A stretch of DNA of 34,317 nt from an uncultured bacterium (GTDB lineage Bacteria > CAYJRR01), in the NCBI GenBank assembly GCA_964372275.1, contig CAYJRR010000041.1, forward strand, positions 1 to 34,317. The letters run 5' to 3'. The notes under the pieces were generated by a model. That model made no database searches. It was not told where the DNA came from and worked only from the letters and a program-made list of their open reading frames with translations. This document shows positions 1 to 8,362 of this stretch, piece after piece. Numbering within the stretch: position 1 is the stretch's first letter; every line of letters starts with the position of its first letter. A program made the translations under genes and the position numbers.

Positions 1-2
1 AG

Positions 3-434
3 GAGGGGTTGCGGCGGCTCGCCGCGGCCGGAACGGTGGCGGTGCTGCTCCCCGGAGCGTCGCTCTTCCTCGGCGAACCGCCGCCCGACGCCGGCCGGCT
101 GCGCGCCGCGGGGGTGCGCATCGCGATCTCGACCGACTTGAATCCCGGGACCTCGCCGACCGAGAACCTCCCGCTGATGACGACGCTCGCCTGCTCGGCG
201 CGGACGCTCTCGATCGACGAGGCGCTCCTCGCCGTCACCCGCCACGCCGCCGCGGCGATCGCCCGCGACGACCTCGGCTCGATCGAGCCGGGGAAGCAGG
301 CCGACCTGGTGGTGTGGGACGCCCCGTCGCTGGAGCACATCCCCTGGCACGTCGGGGCGCCCCATGCGGCGTTGGTCGTGAAGCGCGGCGCCGTCGTCCT
401 GGAACGCGACGCCGCGCCCGACTGCCGGCCTTAG
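3..434 (+). CDS. hutI: Imidazolonepropionase, C-terminal part (truncated by window start)
   Basis: AVLLPGASLFL, AISTDLNPGTSP and GSIEPGKQADLVVWD match the HutI C-terminus; the frame is open to the window edge. Confidence 0.85.
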   Translation, partial: EGLRRLAAAGTVAVLLPGASLFLGEPPPDAGRLRAAGVRIAISTDLNPGTSPTENLPLMTTLACSARTLSIDEALLAVTRHAAAAIARDDLGSIEPGKQADLVVWDAPSLEHIPWHVGAPHAALVVKRGAVVLERDAAPDCRP

Positions 435-691
435 GGCTTGGTCTCCTCCGACGCCGGCGCCGCCGCATCGGCCGGAGCGGATTGCGCGGGGGCGGTCGCC
501 CCGGGGGCCGTGGCCGGCGCGTCCTTCTTGTGGCAGGCGTGCTTGCCGCCGAAGCATCCCAGCACCGCGAGCACACCGCCGAGAAGGGCGACCGCGAAGA
601 GGCCCTTCACCAGGCAGTAGCCCTTCCCGTGCCGCGCGCAGCCCTTCGAGCTCTCCGCCGACTCCGCCCCCGCCGTCTGTTGGGTCTCCAT
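431..691 (-). CDS. Small hypothetical membrane protein (86 aa)
   Basis: AAGGAGG RBS before ATG; one hydrophobic segment and an Ala/Pro-rich tail; downstream of the sigma/anti-sigma pair. Confidence 0.7.
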   Translation of the reverse strand: METQQTAGAESAESSKGCARHGKGYCLVKGLFAVALLGGVLAVLGCFGGKHACHKKDAPATAPGATAPAQSAPADAAAPASEETKP

Positions 692-746
692 GGCCGTCCT
701 CCTTCGTATTGCCTACGGAGATACAGATCCGCGCCCGGCCGATTCG

Positions 747-986
747 TTACAGCCCTTCGCTCGGCGGCTTCTTTGCCCGCAGTTCCTGGAGGATGCGGTC
801 GCAGAGGGCGTCCGGCGGGGGCTCGGGTTCGAGCCGCGACACCGCCTCGGCGGTCTGCTCGATCTGGCGGTCGTAGACCCGGCAGGCGGGGCAGAACCAC
901 AGATGCGCGCGGGTGAGCCAGCGGCGCCACCACGGGCCCGCGATCGCCTCTCCGGACACCTCGCCGATGGCATGCCGGCAGCTCAC
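747..986 (-). CDS. Zinc-binding anti-sigma factor (zf-HC2/ZAS), 79 aa
   Basis: GTG at 986 with AAGGAGG RBS overlaps the sigma stop (GTGA); MSCRH...HLWFCPAC contains HxxxCxxC. Confidence 0.85.
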   Translation of the reverse strand: MSCRHAIGEVSGEAIAGPWWRRWLTRAHLWFCPACRVYDRQIEQTAEAVSRLEPEPPPDALCDRILQELRAKKPPSEGL

Positions 987-1621
987 GTCGTTTCCTCCTT
1001 CAGGTGACGGTGCAACGCCTCGCGCAGCCGCGCTCGGCCGCGGTGCAGAAGGACGCGCTGATGCCCGTCCGCGATCCCCAGGATCTCGCACGCCTCGTCG
1101 GCGCTCAATCCCTCCACGTCCCGCAGGACGACGACGGCGCGCGCCGCGTCGGGCAGGCGATCGATCTCGCGGCGCAGCAGGTCGCGCGTCTCCTTGCGCA
1201 GCAGCAGCTCCTCCGCCGAGGCCGGCGCCCACGGCGTCGGCAATTCGATCCATCGCCCGTTCGCGTCGAACAGTCGGTCGGCGAGGTCCCCTCCGGCGGC
1301 GTCCTCCCGGCCGTCCGGTCCGGCCGCTCCCAACGCCGAGAGCGGCACGCTTCGCCCCTCCCTCGCCGCCCGCCGGATCGCGCGGTTCACCAGGATGCGG
1401 AAGATCCACGTCTTGAGCGACGCGCGGCGCTCGAAGCCGGCGATCCCGTCGAGCACCGCGAGCCACGTCTCCTGTACCACCTCCTCCGCCACCGCGGCAT
1501 CGCGGACGAAGGAGCGCGCCAGGCGCAGCATCGACGCCGAATGCCGCCGCACCAGCCACCCGAGACCCTCCTCGTCGCCGCGGAGGACCCGGGCGACGAT
1601 CTCGGCGTCGGCGGGCGGCAC
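983..1621 (-). CDS. ECF-type sigma-70 factor
   Basis: Region 2 AEEVVQETWL...SLKTWIFRILVNRA; region 4 LPDAARAVVVLRDVEGLS...VLLHRGRARLR. Confidence 0.92.
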   Translation of the reverse strand: MPPADAEIVARVLRGDEEGLGWLVRRHSASMLRLARSFVRDAAVAEEVVQETWLAVLDGIAGFERRASLKTWIFRILVNRAIRRAAREGRSVPLSALGAAGPDGREDAAGGDLADRLFDANGRWIELPTPWAPASAEELLLRKETRDLLRREIDRLPDAARAVVVLRDVEGLSADEACEILGIADGHQRVLLHRGRARLREALHRHLKEETT

Positions 1622-1652
1622 GGGCGCCTCGTCGTCCGCGCCGATCGACCGG

Positions 1653-2402
1653 TCAGGAACCGCTGCCAGCGGCGCTCTCCGCCAGCTCGGAGGTGGCGCC
1701 GGTCGACCCGAAGTCGACGAGCTCCATCGTCGTGCCGTCGCTGGTGACCGACTTCACCGTCTCCGAGACCGGCACCGAGGGATGCACCCAGGAGGTCCCG
1801 GTGACGGTGATGAAGGCGATCTTCACCGTCGTCTTCGTCTCCAGCGTCTGCTTGAACGTCCCGGCCGGGACGGTGATGTCGGCGCGCGGAGAGTTGGGGT
1901 CGACGTTCCACTGCACCATCGACGCGAAGTTCTTCCCCATCATCATCTTCATCATCGACCCTTCGGGGGCCCGGAGATCGATCGTCTGCACCGGACCGTC
2001 GTCCGCCTTGGTGACGATCTTCTTCATCGCGTCGAGGGCGCTCTGCACCGTGGCGCTCGGGTCGTTGCTCACCTCCGGCACCTTCTCGTAGCAGACCTTG
2101 GCGATGCTGCGCGAACGCGGGTCCTGCCGGACCATCTCCAGCCAGACGCCGCAGTCGTCCTGTGCCACGACCGACATCTTCTCGAAGCCGATCTCCCCCT
2201 TCTTGTTCGTCACCCGGTAGAGCGCCCACTGCCCGACCTTCCAGGGCATCGGCTTCAGCGCCGACGGCGCCGGCGCGTCGTAGGACTTCGACTGCGCCAC
2301 GTGCTTCGACAGGACCGAATCGACCGCCGCCTGGTAGGTCGGCCGGATCTTGGGACCGCAGCCGGCCAACACGATCGTTGCAACGAGGACTGCCTTCTTC
2401 AT
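1653..2402 (-). CDS. Hypothetical lipoprotein (249 aa)
   Basis: Start moved to ATG 2402 (GGGGGAG RBS); signal MKKAVLVATIVLAGC with LAGC lipobox; ITVPAGTF beta motif. Confidence 0.8.
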   Translation of the reverse strand: MKKAVLVATIVLAGCGPKIRPTYQAAVDSVLSKHVAQSKSYDAPAPSALKPMPWKVGQWALYRVTNKKGEIGFEKMSVVAQDDCGVWLEMVRQDPRSRSIAKVCYEKVPEVSNDPSATVQSALDAMKKIVTKADDGPVQTIDLRAPEGSMMKMMMGKNFASMVQWNVDPNSPRADITVPAGTFKQTLETKTTVKIAFITVTGTSWVHPSVPVSETVKSVTSDGTTMELVDFGSTGATSELAESAAGSGS

Positions 2403-2458
2403 CGTGATCTCCCCCTTCGCATTGGAGCGCTGGTCCCGCCGAATACCACCACAATGTC

Positions 2459-2580
2459 TCCCCGTCACCTCCCGACTCGCCCTCCACTCCTCCTTCCACT
2501 CCCCGCTTCTCCTACTCCTTCTCCTCGAATCTCCTCATTCCTCCTACTCCTTCTCCTTTCCGCTACCCCTCGTCCTTCCC
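2459..2580. repeat. Polypyrimidine/polypurine low-complexity tract with a 17-bp direct repeat
   Basis: Mostly C/T on + strand; CTCCTACTCCTTCTCCT at 2509-2525 and 2541-2557. Confidence 0.8.
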
Positions 2581-2613
2581 ACCATCGCCGTCCCGCAGTA
2601 CCGTCGCCCCCCG

Positions 2614-3951
2614 ATGTCGCCCCCCGCGGAACAACTCTTTCTCGCCGACCGCACCTTCCTCCCCGGCACCGACGGCGCCGAGGTTCGTGAAGGCATCGGC
2701 GTCCTCGAGCACAGCGGCGATATCGCCGCCGTGGGCCCGGCCGGCGAGCTGCGCCGCGCGCACCCCGACGCCGTGGCGGTCCCCCTCCCCGGCAAGGCGC
2801 TGCTCCCCGGCACCGTCTCCACCCACACCCACACCTTCCAATACCTGGTGCGCGGGTTCGGCGACGACCTCGACTTCTTCGACTGGCGCGAGAAGGGGAT
2901 CTATCGCTATTCGCTCAAGCTCGACGCCGACGGGATCCACACCGGCGCGCTGCTCGCCTTCGCGGAGCTGTTGCGCCACGGCACCACCACCGCCGTCGAC
3001 TTCTTCTACCTGAACGACCAGGCCAACGAGAACGCCGAGGCGGTGATCCAGGCTGCGCGCGACGTCGGGATCCGCGTGGTTCTCGCCCGCTGCCTCTACG
3101 ACTGGGACGGCGCTCCGGCGAAGTATCGGGAGACGGTCCCCGTCGCCCGCCGGAACGTCGAGGCGCTGGTCGACAAGTACCGCCACGACCGCATGGCGCA
3201 GGCGCACCCCGCCCCCCACTCCCCGCACGGCGCGTCGGCCGAGATGATCCGCGCCGGCGCCGAGATCGCCCGCGACCGCCGCGTGCCGCTGCACATCCAC
3301 GTCGCCGAGGGCCGCTACGAGGTCGAGGAGACGGTGGCGAAGCACCGGCTCACACCGATGCGCTGGCTCGCGTCGCTCGGCGTGCTCGACGCCCGATGCC
3401 TCGCCGTCCACGGCGTCTGGCTCGACGACGGCGAGCTCGACCTCTTGAAGGAGCGCGGCGCCGCCCTCTCCTACAACCCCTCGTCGAACATGTTCCTCGG
3501 CGACGGGATCACCCCGATCCCGAAGTGGATCGCGCGCGGCATCCCCGTGACCCTCGGCGTCGACGGCGGCTGCAGCAACAACCAGGCCTCGATCTTCGGC
3601 GAGATGCGAACCTGCGCCCTGCTCCAGAAGGTGAACGCGCTGGACGCCCGCGCCGTCACCGCCGAGCAGGTCTTCGCCATGGGCACCTCCAACGCCGCCG
3701 GCGCGTTGGGCCTCCCGATCGGCTCGATCGCCCCCGGCCGGCGCGCCGACTTCGTCACCCTCGACCTCGCCGACCTGTCGCTGCTCCCCGCCCAGCAACT
3801 GCGGAAGAACGTCGTCTACGCCCAGTCCGCCAAAGCGGTGCGCGACGTCTTCGTCGACGGCCGGCGGGTGGTGGCGGAGGGACGGCTGACGTCGATGGAG
3901 GAAGGCGCCATCGCCGAACGGGTCGCTCGGCTGACGGCGGGCTGGACCTGA
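2614..3951 (+). CDS. Metal-dependent amidohydrolase/deaminase (MTA/SAH deaminase- or HutF-like)
   Basis: HTH metal motif (STHTHTFQ), APHSPH, HIHVAE, AVHGVW, LGVDG, GSIAPGRRADFV. Start at ATG 2614; the upstream in-frame extension is only the low-complexity tract. Confidence 0.85.
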   Translation: MSPPAEQLFLADRTFLPGTDGAEVREGIGVLEHSGDIAAVGPAGELRRAHPDAVAVPLPGKALLPGTVSTHTHTFQYLVRGFGDDLDFFDWREKGIYRYSLKLDADGIHTGALLAFAELLRHGTTTAVDFFYLNDQANENAEAVIQAARDVGIRVVLARCLYDWDGAPAKYRETVPVARRNVEALVDKYRHDRMAQAHPAPHSPHGASAEMIRAGAEIARDRRVPLHIHVAEGRYEVEETVAKHRLTPMRWLASLGVLDARCLAVHGVWLDDGELDLLKERGAALSYNPSSNMFLGDGITPIPKWIARGIPVTLGVDGGCSNNQASIFGEMRTCALLQKVNALDARAVTAEQVFAMGTSNAAGALGLPIGSIAPGRRADFVTLDLADLSLLPAQQLRKNVVYAQSAKAVRDVFVDGRRVVAEGRLTSMEEGAIAERVARLTAGWT

Positions 3952-4002
3952 GCCGGACCCGACGAACCGATCCGTGTCGGTAGCCGTAGCGGTATCCGAT
4001 CC

Positions 4003-4021
4003 GACCCGATCGGATCGGGTC
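4003..4021. terminator. Inverted repeat between convergent genes, possible terminator or pause hairpin
   Basis: GACCCGATC-G-GATCGGGTC; no U-tract on either side. Confidence 0.3.
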
Positions 4022-4041
4022 TGACCGCTGACGGCCTGTGA

Positions 4042-5208
4042 TCAGAAGAGCCGGCCTTGCTTGAGAAGCGCGCAGAATGCGGCAACCGGCAGGACCTCGA
4101 TGCCGTCTGGGAGCCGCATCTCGTCGCGGCCCGGATGGACCAGGATCCTCCGCCTCAGTCCGGACAGCGGCTCGATCGCCTTCAGGCCCTTGATCCAATC
4201 GGCGCGGAACCGGCGGCCGGATTTCGCCTCGATCGCCACGAACGACCGGCCCTTCTTCAGCAGGAAATCGACCTCGATTCCTTTCGCCTCGGTAGGGGAC
4301 CAGTAGTACATCTCGTCGAACAGATCCCGGTAGCTCCGATAGGCGCGAAGAATCTGGGCGGTCCATGCTTCGAACAGCGCCCCCTGTTCTTCTCCGGCGA
4401 CGGGTCCGAAGTCGCCTCTGGCGGCACGCGCGATACCGTTGTCGGCCCAATACAGCTTCGGATGCCTGCGCTCGCGCAGGCGGAGCTTGGCCTCGAAGCC
4501 GGGGAGCTCGAAGGCGAGCAGGGTGTCTTTCAGGATCTCGACGTACGAGGCGACCGTGGTCCGTTCGACGCCGCACTCCCGCGCAATCGACGAGACGCTC
4601 AGGATCTGACCGTTCAGGAGACCGGCGACGGGGAGGAACCGGACGAATCCCCCCAGGTTCCGGACGAGCGCCTCGGCCTGGATCTCCTCCTTCAGATAGG
4701 TCTGGACGTAGGTCTTCAGGCGCAGCTTTCGCTCCGACGGATCGCTGGCGACCACCAGGGGAAGCGTTCCCGACTCCAGCGCCCGTTGCAGGTCGAAGTC
4801 CGCCCCCATCTCCTCGGGGACGAGCGGCAGCATCTCGCGGAGCAGCGCCCGCCCCGCCAGGAGGTTTGCTCCGCCGCGCCTGAGTTTCCGCGCGCTGGAG
4901 CCGGTAAGGATGAACCGTAGTTTCCTCGTCTCGAGGAGCCGGTGAACGTCGTTCAGAAGGTTGGGGAGCCGCTGAATCTCGTCCACGAAGATCCACGCTC
5001 CGGGAGAGGCCATCCGCTCCACGAGTCCGGAGAAAACGGCGGGATCGGCGAGAATCCGCTGATAGAGGCCCTCGTCGAGAAGATCGATCCGCGGGGCTTC
5101 GGTGAACTCCCTTCCGACCCAGGTGCTCTTCCCCGACCCACGGACGCCGAACAGGAAGAACGAGCTTTTCGGGCGCTCCAGCATCCGGCGGTAGGAGACG
5201 TACGCCAT
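4042..5208 (-). CDS. AAA+ ATPase (AAA_14) with HTH and DUF4143 domain
   Basis: Walker A GVRGSGKST, Walker B IFVDEIQ, ILTGSS, LAGRA, KLYWADNG and C-terminal EVDFLL...AIEAK; start at ATG 5208. Confidence 0.9.
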   Translation of the reverse strand: MAYVSYRRMLERPKSSFFLFGVRGSGKSTWVGREFTEAPRIDLLDEGLYQRILADPAVFSGLVERMASPGAWIFVDEIQRLPNLLNDVHRLLETRKLRFILTGSSARKLRRGGANLLAGRALLREMLPLVPEEMGADFDLQRALESGTLPLVVASDPSERKLRLKTYVQTYLKEEIQAEALVRNLGGFVRFLPVAGLLNGQILSVSSIARECGVERTTVASYVEILKDTLLAFELPGFEAKLRLRERRHPKLYWADNGIARAARGDFGPVAGEEQGALFEAWTAQILRAYRSYRDLFDEMYYWSPTEAKGIEVDFLLKKGRSFVAIEAKSGRRFRADWIKGLKAIEPLSGLRRRILVHPGRDEMRLPDGIEVLPVAAFCALLKQGRLF

Positions 5209-5212
5209 GGCT

Positions 5213-5249
5213 GATCTCATATTTCGTCGAAAATTGAGATCGATGTCAA
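5213..5249 (-). promoter_or_regulatory. TTGACA -35 element and 29-bp imperfect palindrome (operator-like) upstream of the AAA/DUF4143 gene
   Basis: TTGACA on - strand at 5244-5249; GATCTCATATTTCG-T-CGAAAATTGAGATC at 5213-5241 (12 of 14 arm positions symmetric). The -10 element is weak. Confidence 0.55.
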
Positions 5250-5432
5250 CGAGCATCGATCGTGGATCGGCGCCAGACTGCGGCACGGATCGGATCGGCC
5301 TCGGCCGGTTCGGTCGTCGTCCTTCCAGTAAGGACAAGATGTCGAGAAAACGGTCGTCCACGAAGGACAAGGTTCAAACGCGAGGGGAGTCGGGTCCCCG
5401 CAACCCGGGAACTGCGCCGGCCCGGGGTTCGC

Positions 5433-5461
5433 TTGACGGCCGGGGGGCCGGCGCGTAGCAT
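5433..5461 (+). promoter_or_regulatory. Putative sigma70 promoter of the phosphonate operon
   Basis: TTGACG (5433-5438), 17-bp spacer, TAGCAT (5456-5461), about 50 bp before ATG 5511. Confidence 0.65.
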
Positions 5462-5510
5462 GCCCGGCCGCCCGACGTCCCCCTGAAGTGGCCGAAGGGC
5501 GCGAAGAGAC

Positions 5511-6704
5511 ATGGGAATTCTCCATCGATTCTGGGGGCCTTGGGCGTCGTTGATGCAGATTCGGCGGCTGCCGGCCTCGGACCGCGAGATCGTCTTCTAT
5601 TCGGAGGGGCGGTCGGATTGGCCGCACTTGGGGCCGATCGTTCGGGAGCTCGCGGCGGGGGGGCGGCGGGTCTGTTACGTGTCCTCCGAGGAGAGTGATC
5701 CGGGGCTTTCGCTCGGGGATCCGAACGTGGTCGGGTTCCACGTCGGGGCCGACTCGGCGCGAACGGCTTTTTTCAAGACGGTCGAGGCGAAGGTCGTGGT
5801 GATGACGATGCCCGACCTGGAGACCTTTTTCCTGAAGCGCTCGGTGCATCCGGCGCACTACGTCTACGTCTTCCACGCCATCGTCTCGAGCCACCGCATC
5901 TACCGGAAGGGGGCGTTCGACGCCTACGACACGGTGCTCGCGGTCGGACCCCACCACGTCGAGGAGATCCGCCGCACCGAGGCGGTCTACGGCTTGAGGC
6001 CCAAGGCGATCGTCGAGCACGGCTGCGCGCGGCTCGACGAAGTGATTCGCGCGGCGGCGGCGCGGCCGGCGTTCGTCCCCTCGCCGGGTCCGGCCAAGAA
6101 GGTGCTGCTCGCGCCGTCGTGGGGGGAGTGCTCCTTTGCCGAGCGGCCGTACGGGGGCGACCTGATCGACCTCCTGCTCCGCGCCGGGCACTCCGTCGTG
6201 CTGCGGCTCCACCCGATGACGGTGCGCCGTCTCCCCAAGCTCGGGCCCTCGATGGAGAGCCGCTTCGCGGGACGACCGGGGTTCCGCGTCGAGACCGACA
6301 TGAGCGCGCAGGAGTCGCTGCAGACCTCCGACCTGATGATCAGCGACTGGTCGGGAGCGGCGTTCGACTACGGGTTCGGTCTCCTGCGCCCGGTGCTGTT
6401 CGTCGACACCCCGACGAAGGTGAACAACCCCGAATGGCAACGGCTGGGGATCGCGCCGCTCGAAGAGAAGGTGCGGCGGGAGATCGGCGACGTTCTCGAT
6501 CCCGGGGAGCTGGCGCGGGCGCCGGAGAAGGTCGCGGCCTTGACCGCCGATCCGACCGCCTTCGCGCAGCGGCTCCGAGCGGCGCGCGAGCGCTGGGTCT
6601 TTCATGTCGGCCGCAGCGCGCCGGTGGCGGCCGCCCACATCGCGGGGCTTTGCAGCCCCGGAGACGAGCGGATGGCACCGCTCCAGGAAGCGAAGGCGAG
6701 ATGA
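5511..6704 (+). CDS. CDP-glycerol glycerophosphotransferase (TagF/TagB-like) family protein; putative phosphonyl transferase
   Basis: VLLAPSW, LRLHP and [15 protein letters not shown]...PVLF family motifs; stop overlaps the pepM start (ATGA). Confidence 0.8.
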   Translation: MGILHRFWGPWASLMQIRRLPASDREIVFYSEGRSDWPHLGPIVRELAAGGRRVCYVSSEESDPGLSLGDPNVVGFHVGADSARTAFFKTVEAKVVVMTMPDLETFFLKRSVHPAHYVYVFHAIVSSHRIYRKGAFDAYDTVLAVGPHHVEEIRRTEAVYGLRPKAIVEHGCARLDEVIRAAAARPAFVPSPGPAKKVLLAPSWGECSFAERPYGGDLIDLLLRAGHSVVLRLHPMTVRRLPKLGPSMESRFAGRPGFRVETDMSAQESLQTSDLMISDWSGAAFDYGFGLLRPVLFVDTPTKVNNPEWQRLGIAPLEEKVRREIGDVLDPGELARAPEKVAALTADPTAFAQRLRAARERWVFHVGRSAPVAAAHIAGLCSPGDERMAPLQEAKAR

Positions 6705-8362
6705 GCACGAAGAAGAAGACGGCGGCGCTGCGCGAGATCCTCACCGGCAGGGGTGCGGGGAGTTCCCCGCAGGAGCCCGAACGGGCGGACAAGCGCCTGC
6801 GATTCCTGATGGAGGTCCACAACGGGCTCTCCGCCAAGATCGCCGAGGAGGCGGGGTTCGAGGGGTTGTGGGGAAGCGGACTGTCGATCTCCGCCTCGAT
6901 GGGCGTGCGCGACAACAACGAGATGAGCTGGACGCAGGTCCTCGAGCTGCTCGAGTTCGTGACCGACGCGGTGAAGATCCCACTGCTCCTCGACGGCGAC
7001 ACCGGTTACGGCAACTTCAACAACATGCGGCGGCTGGTGCAGAAGCTCGAGGCGCGCGACGTCGCCGGCGTCTGCATCGAGGACAAGCTCTTCCCCAAGA
7101 CCAACAGCTTCCTCGGCGAGAACCAGCCGCTCGCCGACATGGACGAGTTCTGCGGCAAGATCAAGGCGGGGAAGGACGCGCAGAGCGACGACGCCTTCTC
7201 GATCGTCGCCCGCGTCGAGGCGCTGATCGCCGGATGGGGCCTGGCGGAGGCCTTGAAACGCGCCGAGGCCTACCGGCGCGCCGGGGCCGACGCGATCCTG
7301 ATCCACAGCAAGCACTCCAAGCCGGACGAGATCCTCGCCTTCAAGAAGGAGTGGGGGGACCGCAGCCCGGTGGTGATCGTCCCCACCAAGTACTACTCGA
7401 CGCCGACGCAGGTGTTCCGCGACGCCGGGATCGACGTGGTGATCTGGGCCAACCACCTGATGCGCAGCTCGCTCACCGCGATGCAGGAGACGGCGAAGCA
7501 GATCAAGCGCGAGGAGAGCTTGATCGACGTCGAGGGCCGGATCGTCGGCGTCAACGAGGTCTTCCGCCTGCAAGGGGCCGGGGAGCTGGAGGAGGCGGAG
7601 CGCCGCTACCTTCCGGCCAAGCAGGAGTCGCCGCAGGCGCTGATCCTCGCCGCCGGACGCGGCAAGGAGCTGGGGGTCCTCACCGAGGACCGCCCCAAGG
7701 CGATGGTCGAGATCGCCGGCAAGCCGCTCCTGGAGCGGACGGTGGAGACGCTGAACGCGATCGGCATCAACGACATCACCGTCGTGCGCGGCTGGAAGAA
7801 GGAGGCGCTCAAGCTTCCGAACCTGAAGTTCGTCGACAACGACGAGCACGAGACGACGCAGGAGGCGTTCTCGCTCTTCAAGGGGATCGAGAAGCTCGTA
7901 GGGCCCGTGCTGATGGGCTACGGCGACGTGCTGTTCCAAAAGTTCATCCCGATGCACCTGTTCGAGTCGGACGCCGACTTCTGCATCGCGGTCGACTCGG
8001 AGGCGTCGTCCAGCCCCGGCCAGGACCGCTACCGGGACCGCGTCGCCTGCGACCGGCCGTTCCACTGGAACCGCTTCGACCAGAAGGCGTACCTGACGAA
8101 GATGAGCGCCGGTCTCCCCCAGGCCGAAACCCACGGCGAGTGGATCGGGCTCTTGAAGATGTCCGCCGCGGGGCTTGCGCAGCTCAAGTCGATCGGAAAG
8201 GAGATCGCCGGCGGCGCTTCGTTCCGAACGATGCGAATGGCCGACCTGTTCACCGTCCTCCTGGAGCGCGGGAAGAAGGTGGAGGTGGTCTACGTCCGCG
8301 GGCACTGGCTGGACGTCGACGACCTGCACGACGTCGTCGCGGCGGCGGGCCAATACCGATGA
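6701..8362 (+). CDS. pepM: Phosphoenolpyruvate mutase fused to C-terminal nucleotidyltransferase (PntC/LicC-like)
   Basis: Diagnostic EDKxxxxxNS ([10 protein letters not shown]), HNGLSA, DGDTGYG, VPTKY; C-terminal ILAAGRG...DRPKAM and WLDVD. True start ATG 6701. Confidence 0.96.
   Translation: MSTKKKTAALREILTGRGAGSSPQEPERADKRLRFLMEVHNGLSAKIAEEAGFEGLWGSGLSISASMGVRDNNEMSWTQVLELLEFVTDAVKIPLLLDGDTGYGNFNNMRRLVQKLEARDVAGVCIEDKLFPKTNSFLGENQPLADMDEFCGKIKAGKDAQSDDAFSIVARVEALIAGWGLAEALKRAEAYRRAGADAILIHSKHSKPDEILAFKKEWGDRSPVVIVPTKYYSTPTQVFRDAGIDVVIWANHLMRSSLTAMQETAKQIKREESLIDVEGRIVGVNEVFRLQGAGELEEAERRYLPAKQESPQALILAAGRGKELGVLTEDRPKAMVEIAGKPLLERTVETLNAIGINDITVVRGWKKEALKLPNLKFVDNDEHETTQEAFSLFKGIEKLVGPVLMGYGDVLFQKFIPMHLFESDADFCIAVDSEASSSPGQDRYRDRVACDRPFHWNRFDQKAYLTKMSAGLPQAETHGEWIGLLKMSAAGLAQLKSIGKEIAGGASFRTMRMADLFTVLLERGKKVEVVYVRGHWLDVDDLHDVVAAAGQYR

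Noticed and set aside
710-752. ECF-type promoter (TGTAAC...GTAT on - strand) upstream of the 86-aa gene
   Set aside because: Spacing is several bases longer than typical ECF promoters.
6604-8358. Apparent 585-aa N-terminal extension of the MPnS fusion, and the 6119 start for pepM
   Set aside because: Arg/Gly-rich off-frame read-through of real genes; true starts are the ATGA overlaps at 8359 and 6701.
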